Below are positions 18,801 through 26,166 of a stretch of DNA of 64,000 nt, in pieces. A model generated the notes under the pieces. The model made no database searches, was not told where the DNA came from, and was given only the letters and a program-made list of their open reading frames with translations. The stretch comes from an uncultured Bacteroidia bacterium (GTDB lineage: Bacteria; Bacteroidota; Bacteroidia; Bacteroidales; CAJPTX01), in assembly GCA_963546395.1 (NCBI GenBank), contig CAUUMS010000002.1, positions 124,181 to 188,180 of the forward strand, read 5' to 3'. Position 1 is the first letter of the stretch. Each line of letters starts with the position of its first letter. The position numbers and the translations under genes were made by a program.

Positions 18801-21800
18801 CTCACGGAGAACATCACGGTGGCTCCTAGCTCGAGCTCCATTGTGATTCGCCCGGCCAGTGGTCTCACCATTACGGATCCCACCAAGGTATCTCTGCTCG
18901 TGGTTACATCGAGTGGCTCAGAGCTCTACTACAAGGGGGCCAAGGTGGATACCCCCACGAAGTTTGAGGTCGATCTGCATGAGCCCGTGCAGCTCCTTGT
19001 GAAAGCGGCGAATGGGCGTGATAGCCGCATCTACACGGTAGCCCTAGCCCTGCCGCAGACGCTGGATTGGGCTCTGGCTAAGAAGGAGTACGTGTATGGC
19101 GATGAGCCGGTGACGGTGCCTGAGTCGTCCTCAGTGGGACTACCGATCTCTTACACGTCGAGCAATCCGGCTGTGGCTAGCGTAGCGGGTGGTAAGCTGG
19201 TGTTTGCCATGCCTGGCGAAGCTACCATCACCCCACGTCAGCGTGGCGGTAAGTGCTATGACGCAGCCATAGGGAGTGCCCAGAAGATCACGGTGAAGCA
19301 GCGCACTGTACGCTTGCGTCCTGCCATTACTGAGGCCACGTATGGTGAGCCTACGCCATACGCATTCGCCTACGAGACGCTGGTGAATGCGAGCGATGAG
19401 CGTAACCTACCCGACCCGATGGAGAAGGCTTACGATCTACAAACGCCAGATGGTAAGCCCGTGCAGGCCCGTGCCATATTGCCGATCGGCACCTATCACC
19501 TGAAGGCGAAGGCCCCTTACAATGCCAACATCTTCTACCAGGTAGAGCCGCAGGATGGGCAATTTGAAGTGAAGCAGGGTAGCCGTTGGGCTGTGACATT
19601 CCGAGTGAAATCGATGGATGGCACCGAGCTCCAGTCGGCCAACGTGCGTATCGGTAGCGGTGACTGGGTGACCGATGCGCAGGGGCAGGTGATTATCCCG
19701 CTGCCTGGTGGCCAGAAGGTGGCCTACACGGTGACCAAAGAGGGCTATGCTCTGGTGCACGGTGAGTGCGAAGTGCCCGAGGATAAGCCGTTGACGGTGG
19801 ATGTGCAGCTTGCTGCAGCCTCTATCGAGCTCACCTATACGGCGGGTGCCAATGGGAAGCTAGCTGGCCCCACCACGCAAAAGATAGCGCCTGATGGCGA
19901 TGGTGAGTATGTGCACGCCGTGGCTGATGAGGACTATGTCTTCGACAAGTGGTCTGATGGCAGCATGGACAACCCGCGTCGTGATCGCAACGTGAAGGCT
20001 GCGCTGAACGTGGAGGCGCAGTTCCGCAACCGCGATTTCCGTGTGGAATACGACATGACTCCTGGTGGAAAGTGGCTGAAAGGCGATGCCATTCAGCTAG
20101 TGCGCATGGGTGGTAACAGCACCGAGGTTATGGTAGGGGCTGAGCCTAACTACTACTTCCTGTCTTGGAGTGACGGGGTCACGGATTCCGTACGCCATGA
20201 GACGGATGTGCAGGAAGACTTCTACGAGGTAGCCTGGTTCAATCCCTACGGCACCGTGCCGAGCTCATATGACTTTGAGGAAGGGCGACTGACCAAAGGC
20301 TGGAGCTATAAGAGCGAGGAGGACGCATTCTGTCCATGGGAAGTCAGCAAGAAGGAGCCTATCCCGGGCTATACGCTCGATGGCTACTTCGCCATAGCAA
20401 ATATGGCTGCGCTGTCTAACCCGCAGGAAAACAAGCTCACCTACCTGATGTCTCCTCGCCACCTGTTGCGGGATGTTACGGGGGATATCGTCATGAGCTT
20501 TGACTATGCGTACCGCGCAAGTGGTAAGTCTAAGTTCTCGGTAGAGTACTCCCTCGACGGTGGTGCTTGGACAGAGCTGAGCGTCCTGGCGGATAAGGGT
20601 CGTGGGCGTAGTGAGAACACTGTGGAGCAATCCAAGCTCGCTAGCCACAAGTACATAGAGTTCCGCTGGCGTTACGAGGCTGAGAATGGTCGTTTTGCCC
20701 TGGTAGATAACTTCCTGGTGACGCAGAAGGATGCTCCTGCGGCGACATTGACCTACGTGGCCGAGCCTGCTGAGGGTGGTTCATTTGAGGTGGATGGTGC
20801 CCCAGCTTCCTCGCAGGAGGTGGCGAGCGGTGCTAAGGCCAAGCCGGCAAAGGCGATACCTGCGGCTGGATATCGGTTTGTGGAGTGGGTATCGGTAGGC
20901 ACCAATCCCGAGCTTACACTCGACGAGCCAGTGTTTAAGAGCCAAACCTTCACGGCCCTGTTCCGCAAGACCGAGCTGGCTGAGCTCTCCTACGTGGCCA
21001 ATGAGAAGACAGGTGGCCTATTCCTCATCGAGGGCGTAGAGTCTTCCGCGCAGCTGGTGGTCAAGGGATCTGATGCTAAGCTCGTGGAGGCCAAAGCGCG
21101 CGATGGGTACGACTTCGTGCGCTGGAGCGACGACGGGAGTGCTAACCCTACGAAGCTGAGCACGAATGTGCAGCAGGATGCCATCTATGAGGCTGTCTTT
21201 GTGCCGAAGACGTACAAGCTCACGTTCCATGTCATGGCTACAGGCAATGCGGTGGAAGGGGCGAAGATCGCCGTGGGTGGTAAGCTACTCACGACGGATG
21301 CCGCTGGCCAGGCGAGCCTCACGCTGGCCGTGGGTAAGTACCCGTATACGGTGACCGCCGAAGGATACGTTGCCAAGCTGGCGGAGATCGAGATGCTCAA
21401 CGGGGATCGTGATGTCACCATTGAGCTGTCGACCAACACCACGACGGTGCGTAATGGGGTGCACTTCACCATCACGGCGAATGGTGCCCCGCTGGAGCAG
21501 GCCAAGGTGAACATCGATGGTCAGGATTTGACCTCGGATGCCGCCGGCCATGTCACCCTATCGCTTGCCGATGGCACATACCCCTACACGGTAACCCGTG
21601 AGGGCTACGTGGCGGCGAATGGATCAGTCACGGTGGCTGGCGCGCCTGTTCAGGTGCCGGTGCAGCTGGAGCCTATAATGTACAAGGTGCAATTCGCCGA
21701 GCCTGCCCATGGCATGTTGTCGGTGGAGGCCAATGGTGCATCTATTGCCAGCGGTGCCTCTGTGGCGCATGGGGCAGAGCTCAAGATCACGACGCAGCCC

Positions 21801-22448
21801 GAGGCTGGCTATAAGCTGCAAAGCTTGCTGGTGAATGGCACAGAGCGTATGGCTGAGGTGGTAGATAACCGCTTGGTGATGACCGTCTCGAGCGATGTCA
21901 CCATTGAGGCTACATTCGTGAGTGGCTCTGCATTGTTCACGGTGACCTACTCGCAGCCAGAGCATGGTACGCTGTCGGTGAAGGCACTCGGCGAGGAGTT
22001 GCCTAGTGGTAAGTCCGTGGCCGATGGCACTGAGCTCACCATCACGGCGAAGGCCAACAGCGGGTACCGACTAGAGAAGCTGCTCGTGAACGGGGAGGAT
22101 AAGACGGCCGAGAGCAAGGATGGCGTCCTGAAGCATGTTGCTACAGCCGACGTGACCATCGCTGCCACCTTTGCCTCAACGTCCTCAGATCCTACCGATG
22201 TGCAGGATGCCCTATTGGCTCGTGTCGTGGTGTATCCTAATCCGTTCGTGGATGAGGTTCACATCAAGGGCCTAGATGCGGCTGAGCAGCTTCGCGTGAT
22301 TGATGCCACGGGTGCCGTGGTGCGCACCTTCCCACTTGTGGGGATGTCGGAGCTCACGCTCCGCCTCGGCGATCTCCCGTCGGGAGTGTATATGCTCGTG
22401 GTAGATAGCCCATCGCACCGCAAGACGATCCGTCTCGTGCGGCAGTAG
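12825..22448 (+). CDS. Giant (3,207 aa) secreted subtilisin-like S8 serine peptidase with a long multi-module adhesin-like extension and a T9SS C-terminal sorting domain
   Basis: One uninterrupted ORF. A signal peptide is present (MRFLYALGAACFLLLSCALRAQ from the ATG at 12825; the ORF track starts at a TTG at 12816). The S8 residues are D (GIWDG), H (HGTHVAGT), N (AAGNE) and S (GTSMACP). Downstream I recognise P-domain-like, CARDB-like, CUB-like, GEVED, LamG, Big_2, MBG, CarboxypepD_reg-like and InlB-B-type repeats, and the protein ends in a Por_Secre_tail-type CTD. Confidence 0.93.
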   Translation: MRFLYALGAACFLLLSCALRAQDTVQLGRHRFVPEQNARRALRGTPDWGPATGGQRNVLVQFERIPSSKEVQRLAQQGLTLEDYVGGKAYYALLRDGATNPARMRGASNLTSIVPVRPEWKLSQQLEGDDVPSHAKVDEGVAEVVVRFAGNVEPAQVSASLQKLGATRVRVSSLFRSATVQIPLTQCRRLVELPWVLAVQPVDPPVSLNNAGGRTLSRANLLNSTAPELEGRGLLGQGINVGIWDGNVMWHPDFGQRIHVQEYELNRGEAEQHGTHVAGTVLGSGMVDPDGRGMAPRAQAYTYNFNVQSNGLSAQEEMAQATKNFAITLTQNSYGLSLYRNCQAMRYLSYRQRDYELDRLALLYPQLTHVFAAGNEQQACPAESVEKYGVAGYGSSTWRAKNVIYVGALDEAGRITGFSSFGPQDDGRLFPTVCAKGGEVYSVKPGAQYQKMSGTSMACPTTSGTLALLQERWRQLNRGADIQSDLLRAIVANTADDAGREGPDFQYGYGILNGERAVLTMEKGYYSRGSVAQGATQPMRITVPKGAVAVRVMLVWNDPTGAKVHALGESPMVNDLDLSVSVSGKSYLPWVLDPSKGNVEKPAQRAKDVLNNIEQVTLSTTELGAADVLEVSVAASRVAKGEQSYTLVWWFDMPAELRIISPVGGEQFEPGQQFALRAEGVQGACAVEISYDDGKKYTRLGSLSGGNMPRNYSALVRIPANATFTGKARFRLVAADGTTATSPLPFTIAPRPERPELETGACGVDGWKLKWTKVKGDIAKYSILLCDPDTESVTSIGEVMANATEFDIPSDKVKGVKSPLFSVAAVLADGTQGKRSMAVQAETSMGKALKVDELPFVESFTRYPSPYFRVKVGKSLRAVYYPASLGTAAGSNSLVFVADEGGGANFDRTNYFSDQNAAHIAQAEMCDLDLTGIPNDQYVYFRVSGLLGVENLSDPTTARFRLLIDGTPTLPLGRKSIEQTVSGHEEEWVYKLNGGKHYKVTMQFAASSKHDNLFLRAINVEKPSTVRNVSLVMAKPFDDTVDPKDTECHVRVRNKSTETVKDLPLRVYLDDKWIATKMISELGAMSEVELPIVVDISMDDVLGGLRKVRIEADLPDDVDRSDNVVEQTLNNRGKVLLMAESRLEADFFGPAPVDPRKTVYIDKPTIFTDCGGYYGNYSAQQVSTLKVLPADSTKRIRVKFLRLEAPEGSGWLGIFTTTVPSSLKLNRLPMRDLLEGTITEARTYVSEAKDGAITFHFRSSRTLAPGWVAEIDFVPAANPLAITAANAKLVGAEEKGEVPVSVTIRNRWQQEQKNVDLYLWDGRKILLEETLPSVPAGETTVTFSKKLEMTRGTLMPQLEVFLECEGDSDGDDNRLSLDAGYDRYCIPGRIAKYEAFAISQVRVENRKVNLVKPRGYAMYTLDSTLVLYKGAGAVSGSVETSAPIADGYGVGMWVDWNDDGLFGDDEKAEVTFEAGKSSFALKLNPPDVQAGRKRARVAIAKADEMSLLPCAEAGLKEGDLHDFMIDLQDGNYPNAGDLELVSVDAGPSGLNLSGSQQVSILVRNLSNTPYASAVAISYSMDGGQMESEEKDFSADPIAAFGGERTIVLAKTINPSAKGKHVVSVSLSEKPVEVNPKNNKRDAVVWSVVPDADKPLYALHTATQKTKGEYVDLSVVSAKAGELKTGAMRTIEMWVHPDRPQFGTLLAADGLAVYSLYRMADGVPSNAVGVVVGQGMVAFTPENTLPAQRWSHVAVMISEVVPGLINPSCRVQVYINGVKQAVTVRGSAAPSMQKLKLAPKFDGMIDAFRLWDRLRTDAEIKSNMYSYLREANQQLPAGLVAEFVFDEGAGYGATFSGTDAAPIVVKDESLITKTEGGIWQKITELFAAIRFEHQAAETVLSGKAEYNVLFEGTAPTSVKGTLQGTWPNTTFSYEQKPVDANTLYDFSKDVKLEASSRLFSKTVKQQIVLHAEKDKSNACDIQSMIVLADGTPGLTENITVAPSSSSIVIRPASGLTITDPTKVSLLVVTSSGSELYYKGAKVDTPTKFEVDLHEPVQLLVKAANGRDSRIYTVALALPQTLDWALAKKEYVYGDEPVTVPESSSVGLPISYTSSNPAVASVAGGKLVFAMPGEATITPRQRGGKCYDAAIGSAQKITVKQRTVRLRPAITEATYGEPTPYAFAYETLVNASDERNLPDPMEKAYDLQTPDGKPVQARAILPIGTYHLKAKAPYNANIFYQVEPQDGQFEVKQGSRWAVTFRVKSMDGTELQSANVRIGSGDWVTDAQGQVIIPLPGGQKVAYTVTKEGYALVHGECEVPEDKPLTVDVQLAAASIELTYTAGANGKLAGPTTQKIAPDGDGEYVHAVADEDYVFDKWSDGSMDNPRRDRNVKAALNVEAQFRNRDFRVEYDMTPGGKWLKGDAIQLVRMGGNSTEVMVGAEPNYYFLSWSDGVTDSVRHETDVQEDFYEVAWFNPYGTVPSSYDFEEGRLTKGWSYKSEEDAFCPWEVSKKEPIPGYTLDGYFAIANMAALSNPQENKLTYLMSPRHLLRDVTGDIVMSFDYAYRASGKSKFSVEYSLDGGAWTELSVLADKGRGRSENTVEQSKLASHKYIEFRWRYEAENGRFALVDNFLVTQKDAPAATLTYVAEPAEGGSFEVDGAPASSQEVASGAKAKPAKAIPAAGYRFVEWVSVGTNPELTLDEPVFKSQTFTALFRKTELAELSYVANEKTGGLFLIEGVESSAQLVVKGSDAKLVEAKARDGYDFVRWSDDGSANPTKLSTNVQQDAIYEAVFVPKTYKLTFHVMATGNAVEGAKIAVGGKLLTTDAAGQASLTLAVGKYPYTVTAEGYVAKLAEIEMLNGDRDVTIELSTNTTTVRNGVHFTITANGAPLEQAKVNIDGQDLTSDAAGHVTLSLADGTYPYTVTREGYVAANGSVTVAGAPVQVPVQLEPIMYKVQFAEPAHGMLSVEANGASIASGASVAHGAELKITTQPEAGYKLQSLLVNGTERMAEVVDNRLVMTVSSDVTIEATFVSGSALFTVTYSQPEHGTLSVKALGEELPSGKSVADGTELTITAKANSGYRLEKLLVNGEDKTAESKDGVLKHVATADVTIAATFASTSSDPTDVQDALLARVVVYPNPFVDEVHIKGLDAAEQLRVIDATGAVVRTFPLVGMSELTLRLGDLPSGVYMLVVDSPSHRKTIRLVRQ
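13500..14380 (+). other. S8 peptidase catalytic core within the giant ORF
   Basis: The Asp codon is at 13557-13559, the His codon at 13641-13643 and the Ser codon at 14190-14192, all in motif contexts identical to subtilisins. Confidence 0.85.
22212..22445 (+). other. T9SS (Por) C-terminal sorting domain of the giant ORF
   Basis: ARVVVYPNPFVDEVHIKG...LRVIDATGAVVRTF...LRLGDLPSGVYMLVVDSPSHRKTIRLVRQ matches the conserved T9SS CTD layout (YPNP, GxY, final K/R-hydrophobic strand). Confidence 0.85.
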
Positions 22449-22480
22449 GGTGGTGCTGCGTATTCGCGCAGACATGTAGA

Positions 22481-22512
22481 AAGGGGAGCCTCGTGAGAGG
22501 CTCCCCTTTTCT
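22481..22512 (+). terminator. Rho-independent terminator of the giant gene
   Basis: GGGGAGCCTC-gtga-GAGGCTCCCC is a perfect 10-bp stem followed by TTTTCTT, 33 nt after the stop codon. Confidence 0.85.
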
Positions 22513-22891
22513 TGTGTACTGGATACTATACCCGAGTGCTAGGGGTGCTATCTGGAGCAGGATCCCTGGGGCTCTTAGTTGAGGTCTATCGTCCCTCTCT
22601 GCGCCGACTCTCTGCGCATTGGGCGTGCCCCAACGGGCATAGCTCCCCCAGTGTACTACGGGTGCTGCCTCTCAACTATCGGCTTACTTAGTGATCACGT
22701 TGTGGAGAGTGTGCTGCCAGAGGGAGCTCCACCTGCGGCTCTAGGCCTATCCCTAAGTGGTGTGCGGGCTTTGGCAGGGGCTATTGTGATACGTCGGCCT
22801 AGCCCCTCGTGCGTGGGAGCTCATTGAGCCTCTACCATCCTTGTCTACGGAAGGCAGTCCCCAGATGCGAAAGGCTCACTGTGGCCCATCA

Positions 22892-24274
22892 TTACGCGCA
22901 CTCCACGTATACCTGATTGGTCTCTATGCGTACAACGCGCACCGTGGCACCACGGTCGATCATGCCCCCCTCTGCGATTGCGTCGTAGGTGTGCCCGTCT
23001 ATCAGCACTTTGCCCGACGGACGTAGCACGGTGCTTGCCACACCGGTAGCTCCCACGAGCGACGGATCAATCTGGGCCACACCCACGTAACCATCCTCAG
23101 CATCGAGGCTCTTGCGCAAAGACAGGAGCGACAGCCTGGGCGATTTGATCAGCATCCCGCCAAGGACAATGCTTCCTATCAGCCCGAGCGTAAGGCTCAC
23201 AATCACGATGGCCACAGCCCGGAGGAGAGCTAGACCCCCATCACCATCGCCCCGGAACACCGTCTCATTATCCACAAGCGCAAGGGCCAACCCAAGCACA
23301 ATGCACGCTATGCCGCTAATGCCCGTGATGCCAAAGCCGGGAATGGCGAAGATCTCCACCAGCAGGAGTACAAGTCCCGCCAGGAACAGAATCAGGTCGA
23401 TGTGCTGCACCAGGCCATCAATGTATAGCGGTGCAAAGTAGGCTATCGCCGCCAGCACGGCAACCGCCAGGGGCAGCCCCACGCCTGGGGTTTGCAGCTC
23501 AAAGTATATGCCGCCGACGATGAGCATAATCAGGAGCCCCGACACCACGGGGGAGAGCAGTAGCCCCTTCACCCGATCGAGTGGCGAGGCCTCGTAGATC
23601 TCAACAGGCGAGGCCGTCATGTTGTAGTGCTCCAGTATAGCCTCCACGCTCTCGAAGGAGCCCTCGCATAGGTGGAGCTGTATCGCCTCCTCAGTGGTCA
23701 GCGTCAGCACGTGCAGCGAGTCGACTACGCCGGGAATCGCCACGCTAGGATCAACCATCGCCTCAGCCAGCTCGGGCCGACGGCGGTATTCGCCCACATC
23801 TTTCTCAGGCCAGTAGTACCCCTTCGCCTGCGCCGTGGAGCGCATCATGCTTCGCATGAACGACTGGTACTTGTCGGGCATCGGTTGCCCATCGCTCCCC
23901 ACCACGGTGGCCGCACCTATGGAGGCACCCCGTCGCATGTAGATGCTGTCGCACGCCAGCGCAATGAGAGCCCCGGCCGAGGCGGCCTGGTTGTCAATGA
24001 ACGCCCACACCGGTATTGGTGAATTCAGGATTAGCGTGCGCATCGAGTCGGCCATGTCCAGGGCACCACCGTAGGTGTTGATGGATAGGATGATGAGCTC
24101 CGACTGCGATTCGCTGGCCTGCCGGAAGGCCTGTTTGAGCAGATGCCATGAGGAGGCGTTCACCTCGCTCCGCATTGCCGTGCGGAACACCTTCAGCTCT
24201 CTGGGGGCTGCGTGCAGGGCTAGCGGCGCAAGGCACAGGGCAGCTAGTAGCCAGCGTAGAGCGAGGCGCATCAC
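22892..24274 (-). CDS. NfeD-family membrane-bound serine protease (ClpP-like N-domain, polytopic membrane core, C-terminal OB-fold)
   Basis: ILSINTYGGALDMADSMR...DNQAASAGALIALACD is ClpP-class. It is followed by about 5 TM helices, and the C-terminal GVASTVLRPSGKVLIDGHTYDAIAEGGMIDRGATVRVVRIE is the NfeD OB domain. Confidence 0.85.
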   Translation of the reverse strand: MMRLALRWLLAALCLAPLALHAAPRELKVFRTAMRSEVNASSWHLLKQAFRQASESQSELIILSINTYGGALDMADSMRTLILNSPIPVWAFIDNQAASAGALIALACDSIYMRRGASIGAATVVGSDGQPMPDKYQSFMRSMMRSTAQAKGYYWPEKDVGEYRRRPELAEAMVDPSVAIPGVVDSLHVLTLTTEEAIQLHLCEGSFESVEAILEHYNMTASPVEIYEASPLDRVKGLLLSPVVSGLLIMLIVGGIYFELQTPGVGLPLAVAVLAAIAYFAPLYIDGLVQHIDLILFLAGLVLLLVEIFAIPGFGITGISGIACIVLGLALALVDNETVFRGDGDGGLALLRAVAIVIVSLTLGLIGSIVLGGMLIKSPRLSLLSLRKSLDAEDGYVGVAQIDPSLVGATGVASTVLRPSGKVLIDGHTYDAIAEGGMIDRGATVRVVRIETNQVYVECA

Positions 24275-25227
24275 AGCAGCTTTTTGAGTTTAAAGATCAC
24301 CAGCGTGAGCACCGAGGAGAGCACCATGACGAGGATGGCGAACGGGTAGCCATAGTCCCACCCCAGCTCGGGCATAAACTGGAAGTTCATCCCGTACAGC
24401 GAGGCGATCAGCGTGGGGGGCATGAACACCACCGACACCACCGTAAAGGTCTTTGTAATCCGGTTGAGACGGATGTTGGCCAAACCCAGGAAGGTGTCCT
24501 GCAAGTAATCCAGGCGGTCGAAATTGAAGTCCGTATGGTTCGTGAGCGAATTCGTGTCCTTAATCATGATGCGCACCTTGGGGTACACATCGCTCGGGAA
24601 ACGCTCACTCTTGGAGATCCCGCTCAGGATGCGCTGCTTATCGATGATGTTCTCGCGCACCTGCATGGTGTTCTCCTGCAGGCGATTGATGATGAGGAGT
24701 ATCTCCTCGTCCACCTCTTCCCCCCGTGTCAGGTTGATGCGGCTGCTAATCTGGGCGATCTCCTTGGCGATATTCTCCAGCATGTCGGCATCCAGATCAA
24801 TACGCGTCTCGAAGAGTGCCACCAGCACGTGATACCCCGTGGGGTAGGCCTTGGGGTTGTAGGAGAGCCTGCGCATCATATCGCTGAACGAGCGCAGCTC
24901 CACGTTGCGGTGCGAAATGAGGATGCCATCCTTCAGCATGCACGAGGTGGGCTCCGACACGTATGTCCCCTCCTTGGGCACCAGGAAGTTCGAGTTGGCA
25001 ATGACCAGCGACTCCGTCTCCGAGTAGCGCGAGGAGCTCTCAATCTCCTCGGCCTGCTGCCGCGTCTGGAGGCTGATGCTGAAGAACTCCTCTACCGTCT
25101 CGCTCTCCTTCTCGCTGGGGTTGTAAAGATCCACCCACAGCAGATCCTCGTAATCCACCTTGGCCAGGAGATCCTCATCGATCTCGTTGACAATGATGCC
25201 GCCAGCTTTGTAGAAGAAGGTGATCAT
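24271..25227 (-). CDS. corA: Magnesium/cobalt transporter CorA
   Basis: The C-terminal YGMNF signature (SLYGMNFQFMPELGW) is followed by two TM helices. The length is 318 aa. Confidence 0.9.
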   Translation of the reverse strand: MITFFYKAGGIIVNEIDEDLLAKVDYEDLLWVDLYNPSEKESETVEEFFSISLQTRQQAEEIESSSRYSETESLVIANSNFLVPKEGTYVSEPTSCMLKDGILISHRNVELRSFSDMMRRLSYNPKAYPTGYHVLVALFETRIDLDADMLENIAKEIAQISSRINLTRGEEVDEEILLIINRLQENTMQVRENIIDKQRILSGISKSERFPSDVYPKVRIMIKDTNSLTNHTDFNFDRLDYLQDTFLGLANIRLNRITKTFTVVSVVFMPPTLIASLYGMNFQFMPELGWDYGYPFAILVMVLSSVLTLVIFKLKKLL

Positions 25228-26051
25228 TGCCCGTCGTCTGAGTCAGTATCGTGTACATCGCGCTCCACCAGCACCTGCCCATTGCGCAGCAATTGCAGGA
25301 ACAGCCGCATGGCAAACCGCTTGTCGCCATCGAGCCGGTAGTCGATGCAGCGGGTGAGGTAGTCGTAGGCCGCCTCTCGGCCGATGTGTGGCGCCGGGGG
25401 GTGCGCCTCCAGTGCCTCGGCGATGTGGCTCACGCCCCATGCGAGCGATGGCTCTAGGCGAGCCGACAGGCTGGAAGCAACCGACTTGGGTGCCACCCAC
25501 ACGGCGAATACGAAAGGTAGCCCGCTGTAGGCGCACCAGGCCTCGGCCAGATCGTATCGGTAAGGGAATGAATCCCCGTGAGTGAACACCTTATCTCCAA
25601 TCATCAGCACAGCTTCACCCTCCCTCAGTTGCGGCAGGATACCCCCAGCCCAGAAGGGTGCATAGTCGGGATCTATCCCCCAGTGGGCGGGGGCTAAATG
25701 CTGAACCAGGGCCACCGATGTGCGGGAATCGGGGTCGAGATATATCCTACGAATGCGCTCCACGGGCTCGTTGGCGCACAGGCACACCGTGCGCACTGGC
25801 CCATTCGCCCCGATGCAGAAGGTGGTGATGGGCTCCACGTCGCCGAGCTCGGGCAGGGTGGCTACGGGTACCAGGGCCACGTCCACCAGTCCCTGCCGGA
25901 GTGGGGTTGCGCACTGCGAGGGGACAGCCAACTGCAAGTCGACCACCTCTGCCCCACACGTCTGCTCCAAGCCGTAGAGGAAGGGGAGCGTGTTGAGGTA
26001 CGACACGGCTGCCACATGCAGCCTACCACCCGTAGTTTCGTTGCTGCTCAT
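25224..26051 (-). CDS. mqnA: MqnA-like chorismate dehydratase (futalosine-route menaquinone biosynthesis; periplasmic-binding-protein-like fold)
   Basis: LHVAAVSYLNTLPFLYGL...VDVALVPV...VLMIGDKV is the MqnA/MqnD family pattern. I chose the start at Met15 of the ORF. There is a 4-nt overlap with the corA start. Confidence 0.7.
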   Translation of the reverse strand: MSSNETTGGRLHVAAVSYLNTLPFLYGLEQTCGAEVVDLQLAVPSQCATPLRQGLVDVALVPVATLPELGDVEPITTFCIGANGPVRTVCLCANEPVERIRRIYLDPDSRTSVALVQHLAPAHWGIDPDYAPFWAGGILPQLREGEAVLMIGDKVFTHGDSFPYRYDLAEAWCAYSGLPFVFAVWVAPKSVASSLSARLEPSLAWGVSHIAEALEAHPPAPHIGREAAYDYLTRCIDYRLDGDKRFAMRLFLQLLRNGQVLVERDVHDTDSDDGQ

Positions 26052-26166
26052 TGGGCCAAATGCGGGCCACACATCCACGTTTTGCCCGCCCATTGCTGGC
26101 AGGCTCCGACGCGGGGACGTGAGAGCCCCGTGGTGCAGGTAACGACCTCCCCCGGAGGGAGGCCCG

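Noticed and set aside
22579-22827. An 82-aa TTG-initiated ORF lies in the giant-gene/nfeD spacer.
   Set aside because: It uses a non-ATG start, has no upstream promoter box and has no recognisable features. I kept it only as part of the unexplained-spacer note.
24148-25341. A 397-aa + strand ORF lies antisense to corA.
   Set aside because: corA on the opposite strand has the YGMNF signature and a TM topology. The antisense product is His/Arg/Gly/Asp-rich with no recognisable fold.
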